From an uncultured Candidatus Poseidoniales archaeon (GTDB lineage: Archaea; Thermoplasmatota; Poseidoniia; Poseidoniales; Thalassarchaeaceae), in assembly GCA_902573085.1 (NCBI GenBank), contig CACGHY010000001.1:46726-110725 (forward strand): 64,000 nucleotides of DNA. Direction: 5' to 3'. The position numbers and the translations under genes were made by a program. The notes under the pieces were generated by a model. The model worked only from the letters and a program-made list of their open reading frames with translations. It ran no database searches and had not been told where the DNA came from. This document shows positions 20,301-30,836 of this stretch, in pieces (the stretch's first letter is position 1; each line of letters opens with the position of its first letter).

Positions 20301-22283
20301 GTGAGCCAAATCGCATCAGGTAGTATTTTCCGGATATTGTCCGTAACCATTCTATTGATTTCTTCTTCGTACGTATACATGAATTCTGGATCTGTCAATG
20401 ATGCGATTTCTTCGACGGTCAAAACGAAAAATGCGCACGAAAGCCCTTTAGTTGGCCTTGCCGAAGAAGAATCCTGGCCTGTGCTTAGAATCAGCTTTCC
20501 CGGCAAACCCTTTCCTAATTCACTATTAGGAGGCTTGTTTGAAGGCAATTACTCTGCAGAACAATACATCTCCGAGATGAGCGGCGGCAACTCTCGATTG
20601 GCGACGATGATGGTAGGAGAAACATGGGTATCCCCATATTCGGAGTCACACTGGGGGACTGATTCCGAGGGCGAGAGGGACTCTGGAGCAAACTCAGGCG
20701 GAGCAAGGGAATTAGCCAAAGAAGCGATAATTAATTCATTTCAGACCTCCACATGGGGGGAGGACCTGGATCTTTCTCAATGGGATCTCGATGGCGATTT
20801 CATTATTGACAGGCTACTCATCCTACATTCTGGACAGGCCCAAGAGGAAGGAGGCCCATCAACAAGCATTTGGAGCCATTTCTCTTCATTCTACGAGCCT
20901 GTCAAGGTCGGAGATTATACATTCGAACACTATACTATGGCCTCGGTACATGGAGGACTTGGGGTTTTGGTCCATGAAATGCTACACCAAATGGGGGCCG
21001 TTGATTTGTACGATGTCCATAGCGATGCACCCTCAAGAAACTGGCATGGACTAGGTGACTGGGACGTCATGGCCAGTGGCAATTGGGTAGGTGATGGCTC
21101 CAGACCAACGCTTCCTTCATCTTCCACTCTAGAATTAATCGGTGCGATAGATCCTATAGAGACAATCTTAATCTCCGATGGAAATTTTTCTCTAGAACCC
21201 ATATCTAATGGCGGTAATCCACTTAAGATTGAGATAGCACCCCAGGAGTATATCTGGGTCACACTCAGATCAAAAACTGGTTTTGACGAGGGTTTACCCG
21301 GGCACGGTATATTAGTCGAGCAACAGGATCTCAATTTCGGAGATGTTGATTCCAACCTACTGAATACCGACCCAACAAAACCATGGGTGAAGATTGTTGA
21401 AGCAGATGGAGACGACTCTTTATTGAGGGCTAGAGATTATGGTTCACCAGGAGATGTTTTCCAAGTAGGTGATAAATTTGGCCATACAGGAAAGAAGATT
21501 TGGGACAATCACGGCAGGCTCGTTCAATGGACAGCCACGGTCATAGATATTCGTGAGAGTTCAGCAACCATCGAGGTTGATTTTGTTGGTGATTCGAACT
21601 CCACACTTAGCGTACCTAGAATTCCAATAGTGGTTCTGGGCGATGAACTAATTATTGCCGATTTTTTCACAACCGACCAATGTATGTTAGAAGTTGATAT
21701 CTCATCAACAGGTAATGTTTTGATTCCGCCTCATGATAGCAACTCTACAAAGATCCAATTAATCGAAATAACAAATTCTTCTTCTAAAAAAGGGACAATT
21801 GAAGGATCTATTGGTTGCCAAAATCGTCCTAAGAACACGGTCTCTATAGACTGGATTGTAGTAAACCATAGATTATCCACAGACGAACTCGAAGAAACGA
21901 TACCTTGGGATACAGACTCTACTATTTCGCTATATCCGGATGCACTTGGTTCTGGCCCTAGGACATACAGCATAACAATAGAAGGTGCCGCAGGAAGAAT
22001 CTCTGAACCAATCACAGATGGGGCCTTCTATCCGGGAGATCCAATCGAGTTGCGAATTGCCCCAGATGGACTCCTGGAACCGAGGATGATTGCAAAGGGA
22101 GAGCTAGTAATTTTAGACTCAGACAACATCGAGCAAAGAATCCCTTTCCAATTAAAGGCGGAAGGTGATTTGCCGTTCGGCCCATTAAACTGGCTGGCAA
22201 TTCCCTCTAATGCAATATCCACAGTTCTTATTTTGTTGGCATTATCAGTAGCAACTGGTAACAGGCAGAAATACCAGAATTAG
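20301..22283 (+). CDS. M6 (immune inhibitor A-like) secreted metallopeptidase, membrane-anchored
   Basis: DLDGDFIIDRLLILHSG..QE, IWSH, HEMLHQMGAVDLYD, WDVMASG; C-terminal TM. Confidence 0.88.
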   Translation: MSQIASGSIFRILSVTILLISSSYVYMNSGSVNDAISSTVKTKNAHESPLVGLAEEESWPVLRISFPGKPFPNSLLGGLFEGNYSAEQYISEMSGGNSRLATMMVGETWVSPYSESHWGTDSEGERDSGANSGGARELAKEAIINSFQTSTWGEDLDLSQWDLDGDFIIDRLLILHSGQAQEEGGPSTSIWSHFSSFYEPVKVGDYTFEHYTMASVHGGLGVLVHEMLHQMGAVDLYDVHSDAPSRNWHGLGDWDVMASGNWVGDGSRPTLPSSSTLELIGAIDPIETILISDGNFSLEPISNGGNPLKIEIAPQEYIWVTLRSKTGFDEGLPGHGILVEQQDLNFGDVDSNLLNTDPTKPWVKIVEADGDDSLLRARDYGSPGDVFQVGDKFGHTGKKIWDNHGRLVQWTATVIDIRESSATIEVDFVGDSNSTLSVPRIPIVVLGDELIIADFFTTDQCMLEVDISSTGNVLIPPHDSNSTKIQLIEITNSSSKKGTIEGSIGCQNRPKNTVSIDWIVVNHRLSTDELEETIPWDTDSTISLYPDALGSGPRTYSITIEGAAGRISEPITDGAFYPGDPIELRIAPDGLLEPRMIAKGELVILDSDNIEQRIPFQLKAEGDLPFGPLNWLAIPSNAISTVLILLALSVATGNRQKYQN

Positions 22284-23350
22284 TACCTTATTGGATTACT
22301 CCACCTTGAATCGGAGGGCGGTCTTGATATTTGCAGGTATCTCCACTCATTTTTTCCTTTCTTTACTGGATAAAGCCAATACTTGTTCACGCCTGAGGCC
22401 AACCTCGATGATAGACAGGCTTCGGCCCAACTTTTCGGATTTTCTGATGACGGGTCTACCACTAGCCAAGGGGCATGCCCCTCGCCCACATCTGCCGGGT
22501 AGCATCTCCATTTTGTGCCGTACTTGAAACCAGACCTTGTGTTTAGGCCCCTTTCCCAAAGATCGAGCATTATACTAGCCGATACCGACATATTTTCTGT
22601 GGCATGGTTTGTGACCGATTGGACAACCTCGTATTCGACATTATCTAGTTGCCTGCCACCGTGTATTGGCAAACCAATAGCGTCGTATTTCCATTCATCG
22701 TCGTCAATAATGAATACTCCGTTATCTCCCAAATCAACCGATTTAAGACTCGAGATTCTTTGAAATTCATTGTATCCCGGCGGACGTAGAATTCCGGTTG
22801 GATTCGACTCAGATATACGATAAGTAACCACAGACTTTTCTTCATCTACTACAAGAACTTCAGATATCCTGCCCTTCATATTTACTTCATACGACCATCG
22901 TAGTAATGATTCCAACGACTGAGATCTATCGGATTCTCCATTCAATAAATCACTCGAATTGAACCAAATAACTTCTGAGTCTGGATCATTTCTACTCGGA
23001 TGTTTATCTGACGACCACCTTAATCCCCACGAATTACAGTCATCTATGCCTAATCGAGAAAAATTATTGCCCAGAACGACCTTGTTACCCGGGACTCTTA
23101 ATGCTTCTAATATTGCATATTCTTCTAAAAGTGTCGAGTTATTCTGGAGTCTCTTGTTCACCCATTCCAACATAGCTTTCTCATCTGGAATCAGAGGAAA
23201 GCTAGCTCCTCTATGATTCTTAGAGAATAGTACTTCAATGTCAGTAAGCGCCAATCCACCACCATCGATAAGAACTCCGATTGCTGATTTCTCCCATAAT
23301 CTACTGTATTCCGGACCATCGAAAATCCAAGATTCCCCCGTCCACTCCAT
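22280..23350 (-). CDS. endA: tRNA intron (splicing) endonuclease, two-repeat type
   Basis: C-terminal RGL..RSGFKYG..WRCY...GHAPWLV...RLASGVNK carries the Tyr-His-Lys triad; N-terminal repeat is degenerate. Confidence 0.82.
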   Translation of the reverse strand: MEWTGESWIFDGPEYSRLWEKSAIGVLIDGGGLALTDIEVLFSKNHRGASFPLIPDEKAMLEWVNKRLQNNSTLLEEYAILEALRVPGNKVVLGNNFSRLGIDDCNSWGLRWSSDKHPSRNDPDSEVIWFNSSDLLNGESDRSQSLESLLRWSYEVNMKGRISEVLVVDEEKSVVTYRISESNPTGILRPPGYNEFQRISSLKSVDLGDNGVFIIDDDEWKYDAIGLPIHGGRQLDNVEYEVVQSVTNHATENMSVSASIMLDLWERGLNTRSGFKYGTKWRCYPADVGEGHAPWLVVDPSSENPKSWAEACLSSRLASGVNKYWLYPVKKGKNEWRYLQISRPPSDSRWSNPIRY

Positions 23351-23421
23351 GCATGAACGGGAACGCTGTCAAATTAGACGCTATCCCCAAATATCATCCG
23401 TGCAGACTCCTTCGCTGAAAC

Positions 23422-24474
23422 GTGACCGATGCCACTGATGAAAGAAGACAGAAAAGCCTCAAGACTCTTAGAAATCTTTTGGAAACTTTAGATGGTCAGA
23501 AAGTGACACTTATTGGCGATACAATGCTCGATAGATATCACCACGGTTTCGCGAATAATCTCAACTCAACAGCCCCAGTACCTGTGTTGAAGATTACCCA
23601 TTCAGAAGAGTCACCGGGTGCTTCTGCCCACATAGCCATAGGCCTCTCTTCGTTCGGTATGAATGTCTCATTCCATACCGCATTGGGGGATGATTCGGAG
23701 GGGAAATCAATAATTCATACACTCAACGAACTCAATATTTCAACGGATAATGTTAGATTGATTCCATCTAGGGAGACTCTAACCAAAATTAGATTCTTCG
23801 GCAGCAGAGAGAGCCTGCTGGATAGGGGGCAAATTCTTCTTCAAGCAGATAGGGGCACCAACGAGCCTGTAAGTCAAGATGTCTCATCCAAGCTTGCTTC
23901 TTCGGCATTAAAGGATTTAGGAGATAGTTGTGCCTTGGTAATTTCTGATTATGACAAGGGTGTTGTAACTACCGAAGAATCACTCAAGCTAATTTCAGAG
24001 GCAAACAAGATTGGTATTCCAATTATTGTAGATCCGAAACTAACAGGTTTGGAAAAGAGCCGTGGCGCATCAGTAGTGATTTTTGAAAAGAGGGGGATGT
24101 CTCTTTTAGCTCGGCGAATCGGATTAGATGTTGAGGATGCAGCACAAAGTATGTTGAGTGAGTATTCATGGAAAGGAATTCTTGTACTTGGAGGAATAAA
24201 CGGGGTCCAATTATACCAGCGTGATCATGAATCAATAATGATACCATGCATGGCACCTGCAGCTGAGCAACAAATTGGGATGCACGATGCCGCCGCGACA
24301 TCCCTAGCAGCAGCTCTGGGATCAGGCCTTTCCCTATACGATGCCGCCTTATTGGCATCTGCTTCATGCGAATGCGTTCTGTCTGCAAATACAGCACAGG
24401 AGTACATTGATCGAGATACTCTAGGGGTATGGCTTGATGAGCTTTCATGGCAGATGAGAATATCCGAAAGATAG
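23422..24474 (+). CDS. PfkB-family, RfaE/HldE kinase-domain-like protein
   Basis: IGDTMLDRY, APVPVL, ISDYDKG, IVDPK; anion-hole motif altered to IGMHD. Confidence 0.8.
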   Translation: MTDATDERRQKSLKTLRNLLETLDGQKVTLIGDTMLDRYHHGFANNLNSTAPVPVLKITHSEESPGASAHIAIGLSSFGMNVSFHTALGDDSEGKSIIHTLNELNISTDNVRLIPSRETLTKIRFFGSRESLLDRGQILLQADRGTNEPVSQDVSSKLASSALKDLGDSCALVISDYDKGVVTTEESLKLISEANKIGIPIIVDPKLTGLEKSRGASVVIFEKRGMSLLARRIGLDVEDAAQSMLSEYSWKGILVLGGINGVQLYQRDHESIMIPCMAPAAEQQIGMHDAAATSLAAALGSGLSLYDAALLASASCECVLSANTAQEYIDRDTLGVWLDELSWQMRISER

Positions 24475-24521
24475 AATCACGATTACATGGGATTGAATAG
24501 TGTCGTTCTAACCGATGAAAC

Positions 24522-26036
24522 ATGAGTGCCATGTCTGCCCCGCCCTTCAAAGGATCATTTATTCTGGTAATTCTAATACTTGCTTCAAACCTGCAAGCGT
24601 TTCATTCAAAGGCGGAGAATCTCATACCTGCCGTACTTACAATTGATATTGAGGACGGGGTCGTAATTAATGATGAATTTACCTTCAAGGCTACAGTGAC
24701 GGATGATTTAGAACCCCGTTCAGCAAGTTGGGAGTTGTTTGACTCGACTTCAACAAGGCAATATGTCTCTGTATCTGATTTTGGTCAAGACATTAATAAC
24801 GGTCCATCGAAGGATTGGTCGTTTGAAATAGATATATTCCCCGAGTTACTAGGCCCATGCTCATGTATACTGATTGTGAGCATAATTGACTCAAATGACA
24901 TTCTTCTAGTCGAATCCATCAGTATATTCATTCAATCCCCAGGGGTAGCAGACGAGGAATTCGCTCCTACCTTGCACATAATTGATGGCGGAATTGACAA
25001 TTGGCACAGCCAATCATATGTTCTTGAAGCACTATCATCCACTATAGATAGCAATGTACCTTCTTTCTCAACTATAATTCGGAGGTCAACTCCAATCAAG
25101 TGTGCATATGAAGGTACTGAGCCAGAAAATTCGCTTTACCCGGTTAATCATAATTCGACTATGCAATCAAATTTTTCCGATTTTGAATGGGACGGGCACA
25201 CTCTAACTTTCAAGATTAATCTCGTTTATTTTGAAGATGGATGGTATGACGTTATTCTATTCGCTCAATCCGAGAATGAAGATGATACTTACTCGGATGA
25301 TTGTATCAGTATTAGAATCGATAATACCCCTCCTGTTGTAATAGTAGACATTCCTGAAGAGCTGCCAGAAGGCACTGACACAGTATACCTAGATGCCTCT
25401 TCGACGGTGGACGATTTTTGGGGTATACAAGGACTAACATACACCTGGTCAATAAATAGAATCGGAGTTTCCGGGGAAGAAATGAATCAGGTCCTCAGTG
25501 GTCCCGATTATCGATCGATAGAACTGAATCTCGATGATTCAAGATCTTTCACCATATCACTATCTGTGTCAGATAATGCGGGGAATATGGGACTCTCAAC
25601 TAATACACTTGATATTGTAAACATAGCTCCAGTAGCACGCTTGACCATTAATGGAGAGGATTATTTCCAAAATGATCGGGTTACTCTTTCCCCAGAATCT
25701 CCGATTCTTGTTGATGCCTCGTCATCTACAGATACTTCGAATGATATAGATAGACTCAGGTATGTTTGGAGAGTAGACAATGTCCCAACCTATGAGGGGC
25801 CTACTAGGTCCATTCCATGGCCTGAGGGGGTGGGTGACAATGGTTTTGTCTTATCGATAGAAGTAATTGACGACAATTCTGAGTCTTCTATGGTATCAAT
25901 TACAGTAGTCGATAGCAGCGAATCTGGCAGTCCCCCTCTTTCAATACTAATTCTAATTTTATCTGGTTGTTTTTTGTCATATTCCGTATTTAGGAGGTCA
26001 AAATTAGATGATCCAGAGATACCCAAGTGGACCTAA
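24522..26036 (+). CDS. Secreted PKD/Ig-like domain surface protein, C-terminal TM
   Basis: IDNTPP, LDASST.D...Y.W, NIAPVA; signal peptide and C-terminal anchor. Confidence 0.75.
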   Translation: MSAMSAPPFKGSFILVILILASNLQAFHSKAENLIPAVLTIDIEDGVVINDEFTFKATVTDDLEPRSASWELFDSTSTRQYVSVSDFGQDINNGPSKDWSFEIDIFPELLGPCSCILIVSIIDSNDILLVESISIFIQSPGVADEEFAPTLHIIDGGIDNWHSQSYVLEALSSTIDSNVPSFSTIIRRSTPIKCAYEGTEPENSLYPVNHNSTMQSNFSDFEWDGHTLTFKINLVYFEDGWYDVILFAQSENEDDTYSDDCISIRIDNTPPVVIVDIPEELPEGTDTVYLDASSTVDDFWGIQGLTYTWSINRIGVSGEEMNQVLSGPDYRSIELNLDDSRSFTISLSVSDNAGNMGLSTNTLDIVNIAPVARLTINGEDYFQNDRVTLSPESPILVDASSSTDTSNDIDRLRYVWRVDNVPTYEGPTRSIPWPEGVGDNGFVLSIEVIDDNSESSMVSITVVDSSESGSPPLSILILILSGCFLSYSVFRRSKLDDPEIPKWT

Positions 26037-26076
26037 TCTTGAAAAGACCAAAAAAGAAGTAATTACAGGGGTTTCT

Positions 26077-27396
26077 ATGAGTTTACCATTCGATAGGTCA
26101 GAGTACCTGAGTCGCCAGGAATCGGTTTTTTCCAAACTACCCAAGCCGAGCGTAGCAATCATACCAACAAATGAACGAAAAATAAGATCAAATGATGTTT
26201 CATACCCATTTAGGGCTAATTCATACATGCTATATCTTTGTGGCTGGGAAGAAGATGTTGGTACATTACTAGCAACGAATTTATCAGGAAATTGGGAAAC
26301 AACGCTATTCGTATCTGATAGGGATACAAAGAAGGAAATATGGGAAGGAAAACGTATTGGTGTTGATGGAGCCAAATCATGGCCGGTTGATCATACGAGC
26401 TCCATACAAAGCTTCGAATCTCGAATCAAAGAGTTATCTTCGGAAGTAAGTATGATTTTTACAATACCCGGCGTATCTTCGTCATTGGACACATTTTTGG
26501 CTGGTATTACTGAAACCCGAGACTTACGCACATATATCGACCCGATTAGGAGAATCAAGTCAACAAGTGAAATTGAATATATGCAAGAAGCAGCACTAAT
26601 TGCTTCATCAGCCCATGAGAAGGCAATGCGCAATGCACAACCCGGAATGGGGGAATGGGAGATTCAATCTGAGGTCGAAGGTCACTTCCTGTCTTCACTA
26701 AGCCAATGGAGCTTCCCATCTATAGTGGGTGGGGGGGATAATGCCACCGTGCTTCATTATAAGAGTAACAACCACGTTATAGAATCCGGAGACCTTGTCC
26801 TGGTCGATGCCGGTTGTGAGGTCAGTGGGTATGCATCAGATATTACTCGAACCTGGCCAGTGAACGGGAAGTTTTCTCAGCCTCAGAAAGAAATTTACGA
26901 ACTTGTTCTAAGAGCTGAATTAGCAGGAATAGCAGCCTGTCAACCAGGAGTCCCATGGGTTTCCATGCATGAGGTTGTATGTGAGACTATAGCACATGGG
27001 CTGATAGAACTCGGAGTTCTGGATTGCACTTTCAAAGAAGCATTGGGCAGAGTCGAAGGCAAGCCAGGGGTTTTTGAGGGGCAAATTAGAAATTTCTTCA
27101 TGCACGGTACCGGGCATTTTCTTGGCTTGGACGTCCATGACGTTGGAGGGGGGCGCCAAGGGGATCCGGACTCCTCGTTTTTATTAGAGCCGGGAATGGT
27201 CCTAACAATTGAGCCCGGTTTATACTTTGCATCTTGGAGGACTGACATATCTATTCCCGATAGGTACGCGGGAATAGGAATCAGAATAGAGGATGATGTT
27301 TTGGTAACAGAACAAGGCCCCTTGGTACTATCATCATCATGCCCGAAGATGTTGGACGAGATTGAGCAAATAGTGGGGAAGAGAGAAAATGACTGA
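26077..27396 (+). CDS. pepP: Xaa-Pro aminopeptidase (M24B)
   Basis: RSNDVSYPFR, LHY, VDAGCE...YASDITRTWP, HGTGHFLGLDVHD, TIEPG, GIRIEDD. Confidence 0.95.
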   Translation: MSLPFDRSEYLSRQESVFSKLPKPSVAIIPTNERKIRSNDVSYPFRANSYMLYLCGWEEDVGTLLATNLSGNWETTLFVSDRDTKKEIWEGKRIGVDGAKSWPVDHTSSIQSFESRIKELSSEVSMIFTIPGVSSSLDTFLAGITETRDLRTYIDPIRRIKSTSEIEYMQEAALIASSAHEKAMRNAQPGMGEWEIQSEVEGHFLSSLSQWSFPSIVGGGDNATVLHYKSNNHVIESGDLVLVDAGCEVSGYASDITRTWPVNGKFSQPQKEIYELVLRAELAGIAACQPGVPWVSMHEVVCETIAHGLIELGVLDCTFKEALGRVEGKPGVFEGQIRNFFMHGTGHFLGLDVHDVGGGRQGDPDSSFLLEPGMVLTIEPGLYFASWRTDISIPDRYAGIGIRIEDDVLVTEQGPLVLSSSCPKMLDEIEQIVGKREND

Positions 27397-28537
27397 TTGG
27401 ATGACAATTCTAGAGGCGCAGCTTTCGACCGATCCTCCTATTTTAACCGTAGAAGATGCGGAGAAAATATACCTCCAAGCACCTTTGAGCGAATTGATGT
27501 ATGCTGCATCAGAGAGGAGGAAGAGGCAAGTTCCCGGAAATATCGTTACTTATATGATTGATAGAAATATCAATTACACAAATATTTGCACAATTAATTG
27601 TAATTTCTGCTCTTTTTATCGATCACCCGGTCATGACGAGGGATATACTCAGACTCTGGACCAGATTAGCACCCGAATTCACGAATTAGAGGAACTAGGC
27701 GGTTCAAGAATCCTAATGCAAGGAGGCGTTAACCCTTCACTGCCCTTCGAATGGTATACTGAATTACTATCAGAGCTATCTATGAGGCATCCATCAATAG
27801 CATTGGATTGCTTCTCACCCATTGAGATTGAGGGGATAGCAGAAGTCTCAGGTCTTTCTACTATTGAGGTCCTTTCGAGACTACGCGAATCTGGTATGCA
27901 CGGGCTTCCTGGGGGAGGTGCGGAAATGCTCGTTGATAGTGTGAGGAATGGAATTTCACCAAAGAAAGGATCCTCTGAGAATTGGATTAGGGTGATGGGG
28001 GAAGCGCAATCGCTTGGCCTGACTACTTCTGCGACGAACGTCTTCGGTTTCGGCGAGAACGTCAGAGATAGAATAGAGCACATGAATAAGATCAGAATAT
28101 TGCAGGAGAGGTCATTGTCAAAGGATTACCCCGGATTCACATCATTCATTTCTTGGCCGGTAATGCTCGAAAACAATGCTTTTGGGAAACTGGGCAGTAG
28201 GAGGGGCGCGACCAACCTAGGTGCAGGGTCAGTTGAGTACCTCAGGCATGTCTCTGTATCCAGGCTCTTCATGAATAACATTGACCACATTCAATCATCA
28301 TGGCCTACTATGGGTTTGAAAGTGGCTCAAATAGCATTGACGGCAGGTGCCGATGACATAGGGTCGACCATGATGGAAGAGAATGTAGTCTCTGCCTCTG
28401 GAACTACCAAGACAATGGCTTCAATTTCCGAATTGGAGGAATCTATACTAAATTGTGGTTTCACTCCTGCCAGAAGGGACTCTGATTACAATATTCTGGA
28501 GAATTTAGGTGCGGGAGAACCCCATCTAGAGGTCTGA
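27389..28537 (+). CDS. mqnC: Radical SAM cyclic dehypoxanthine futalosine synthase-like (MqnC/CofH family)
   Basis: DRNINYTNIC...C.FC.F, MQGG.NP, PGGGAEML, FISW, HIQSSW.TMG, GADDIGSTMMEENVV. Confidence 0.85.
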   Translation: MTDWMTILEAQLSTDPPILTVEDAEKIYLQAPLSELMYAASERRKRQVPGNIVTYMIDRNINYTNICTINCNFCSFYRSPGHDEGYTQTLDQISTRIHELEELGGSRILMQGGVNPSLPFEWYTELLSELSMRHPSIALDCFSPIEIEGIAEVSGLSTIEVLSRLRESGMHGLPGGGAEMLVDSVRNGISPKKGSSENWIRVMGEAQSLGLTTSATNVFGFGENVRDRIEHMNKIRILQERSLSKDYPGFTSFISWPVMLENNAFGKLGSRRGATNLGAGSVEYLRHVSVSRLFMNNIDHIQSSWPTMGLKVAQIALTAGADDIGSTMMEENVVSASGTTKTMASISELEESILNCGFTPARRDSDYNILENLGAGEPHLEV

Positions 28538-29611
28538 TAGTTCTGCTCTACCGCTAATCACTGGAGCCCTAAGAATTCGTGTCGGCTCTTTGGATTGTGG
28601 CATTATAATCGGTAAGACCCAGTAAATCCTCCTGCCATTTCGTTCAAGGAACTCCAAAACTACCTCCCAGTGGATTGCTATAAGTGATGAATAGACTGTA
28701 CCCGGCCATTGTTCTGATGGCATTTTGAGTGAATATTCCGCTTCTGAACCCGTGGACTCTGTCCAATCGCCTTTCTCCATTATCCTTAGGGGCTCCAGGA
28801 TCACTGATTTCTTTGATGATAGTTGCATTGGAATAGACTCTCCTACACCCGTTCCAGTCTCATCGCCAGAAGTCAGTCTTTTCTCTGGTAACCTAGTTGA
28901 CATTCCAGGAGCAGGTTGTCCACCTTCGTTCCTTTTTAGAGTCGCCAGAACTGAGCTTCTTTCGGGCATAGCTACACCAACTTGGACTCTCGAACGAATT
29001 AACTGTAGACTCGTGTCATTATTCTCAACTTCGATATCTATTGCTCCTCTGGTGGAATTAACTCGAACTTCTGGGGGCTCATATGGCCTCACTGAAATTT
29101 CCTTTTGCCTATTGAAATCTCTGAAATTTGCTATGGTTCTGAAAACAAGTGGCAAAATGAACATTGGGAATGTGTAGAACAACAATCTAGGATAGTCCAA
29201 AGGACCTATTGATATTGAACCTGCGATAGTTTCATCGATTATTCCCTGTTCAACTAATCCGGGCTCTATAGCATGTACGAACAATGAAGATATCAGCAAT
29301 GTTACTGTAGGGATAATCAGCTTTCTAGAAATATTATGCAGCCTATCTGGTCTAATGAACCAGCCCATCCTAGTATCAGTCAAGAAACGGGGAGGTGAAT
29401 CTGTGACTCCCCCCTCTAGTAGTAGCAAGTCCACTTCGTCTTCTTCCATTCTCCTCCATTGAACGAACCAGCCACCATCTGAGCCAATGGTGAAGCTGGT
29501 CACACTCATTCCAAAGCTCTCGATTGTGGCCTTACAGATTGGTATGTTTCTGGGATTCATATGTTCCAGTTCAAAGGGGGGATACCTGATGCTCTGTACG
29601 TACCTATCCAT
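28526..29611 (-). CDS. Hypothetical membrane protein (2 TM)
   Basis: 361-aa ORF directly downstream of the GGR gene; two hydrophobic segments. Confidence 0.7.
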   Translation of the reverse strand: MDRYVQSIRYPPFELEHMNPRNIPICKATIESFGMSVTSFTIGSDGGWFVQWRRMEEDEVDLLLLEGGVTDSPPRFLTDTRMGWFIRPDRLHNISRKLIIPTVTLLISSLFVHAIEPGLVEQGIIDETIAGSISIGPLDYPRLLFYTFPMFILPLVFRTIANFRDFNRQKEISVRPYEPPEVRVNSTRGAIDIEVENNDTSLQLIRSRVQVGVAMPERSSVLATLKRNEGGQPAPGMSTRLPEKRLTSGDETGTGVGESIPMQLSSKKSVILEPLRIMEKGDWTESTGSEAEYSLKMPSEQWPGTVYSSLIAIHWEVVLEFLERNGRRIYWVLPIIMPQSKEPTRILRAPVISGRAELSDL

Positions 29612-29612
29612 G

Positions 29613-30818
29613 CTATCCCCACAATACGGCTCTGGCGGCCCTGCCAGCCAGTTTTCGGAATTCGGGCACTTCCCTGAGCATCTTGATCCCTAGTGGTATC
29701 GGATTTTCTATGTCGCCGAATTCATTTATCAAATCTGTAACCTCTGGCCTAGCCCAAACATCGAAAATCCTTTCAAGTTCTAAATCGTTCATCTCAGTCA
29801 AAAATGCATCCCTTAGTGCCCGCTTCTTCCTCTGGTTCCTATCCATCTCCTTAAGTAACGAGGACAATGATTTCATCGTGCCCTTGCTTAATTCGTTATT
29901 CTTCAAATGTCTACTAAGTTTAGGTACTAATAAGTCAACTTGTTGGAACCCAGGTCCTATTCCCCCTCCGGTTGTAGGTTTACACACCCCTGCTGAGTCT
30001 CCGAAGAGTGCCACTCTCTCAATAAGTGGTTTTTTTACAATGCCACTGGGAACCGGCCCGCAAAATCTAGCTATTTCAGAACACATTTCAAACCTGGAGT
30101 TGATTTTTTGATCTTGCAGCAACCTGTCCAGATACTGCTCGCTTGATAACCCATTCATCAAATCAGCTTTTGTCCATGTACCGACCCTAGTAGTTTCTCC
30201 CGTCGGTATCGCCCAACTGAAGAATCCAGGTGAAATATTCTTTCCAGTGTACATATCTAACATCCCCGAATCACCTTTATACCCAGTGACCTCTATTTGG
30301 AAACCAATCATGGTTTCACGAGGAATTCCCATTCGGAAATTTCTACGGACCCAAGAATGGGCACCATCGGCACCACATAGTAGCTTGCAGTGAATGGTTT
30401 CGTCACCATTGGGTCCATCTATCTTTACTTCTACAAATTTATCGTATACTGTAGCTGAATACGGTTTTGATGACAAGAGGAGCTCCGTACCTGTGGCTAT
30501 TGATTGCATAACCACGGCTTCATCGAACAGCTTTCTGCAAACGGAGAATGTGCGAGGAACTCTAGGATCTCCTATCGTCACTCTCGTACCGGTCGGACTA
30601 TGGATATTGGCACCCCAGATAGACGTTAGAATTGTATTCTCCAGACCTATCGTTTTCATTGATGCGGGATTAACCAAACCCGCACATTGAAATGGCCTTC
30701 CAATCTGATTGTGTTCCTCTATCATGAGCACACTGTTTCCGTGTTCGTTGAATCTTCTTGAAAGATAACCTCCAACAGGTCCTGCACCTATCACAACAAC
30801 ATCGAACTCACGAATCAT
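29613..30818 (-). CDS. Geranylgeranyl reductase family (DGGGPL reductase-like) flavoprotein
   Basis: DVVVIGAGPVG, IGRPFQCAG, GADG, PGFFSWAIP, GDSAGVCKPTTGGGI. Confidence 0.9.
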   Translation of the reverse strand: MIREFDVVVIGAGPVGGYLSRRFNEHGNSVLMIEEHNQIGRPFQCAGLVNPASMKTIGLENTILTSIWGANIHSPTGTRVTIGDPRVPRTFSVCRKLFDEAVVMQSIATGTELLLSSKPYSATVYDKFVEVKIDGPNGDETIHCKLLCGADGAHSWVRRNFRMGIPRETMIGFQIEVTGYKGDSGMLDMYTGKNISPGFFSWAIPTGETTRVGTWTKADLMNGLSSEQYLDRLLQDQKINSRFEMCSEIARFCGPVPSGIVKKPLIERVALFGDSAGVCKPTTGGGIGPGFQQVDLLVPKLSRHLKNNELSKGTMKSLSSLLKEMDRNQRKKRALRDAFLTEMNDLELERIFDVWARPEVTDLINEFGDIENPIPLGIKMLREVPEFRKLAGRAARAVLWG

Positions 30819-30836
30819 GCAATCCCCTGTACAGCT

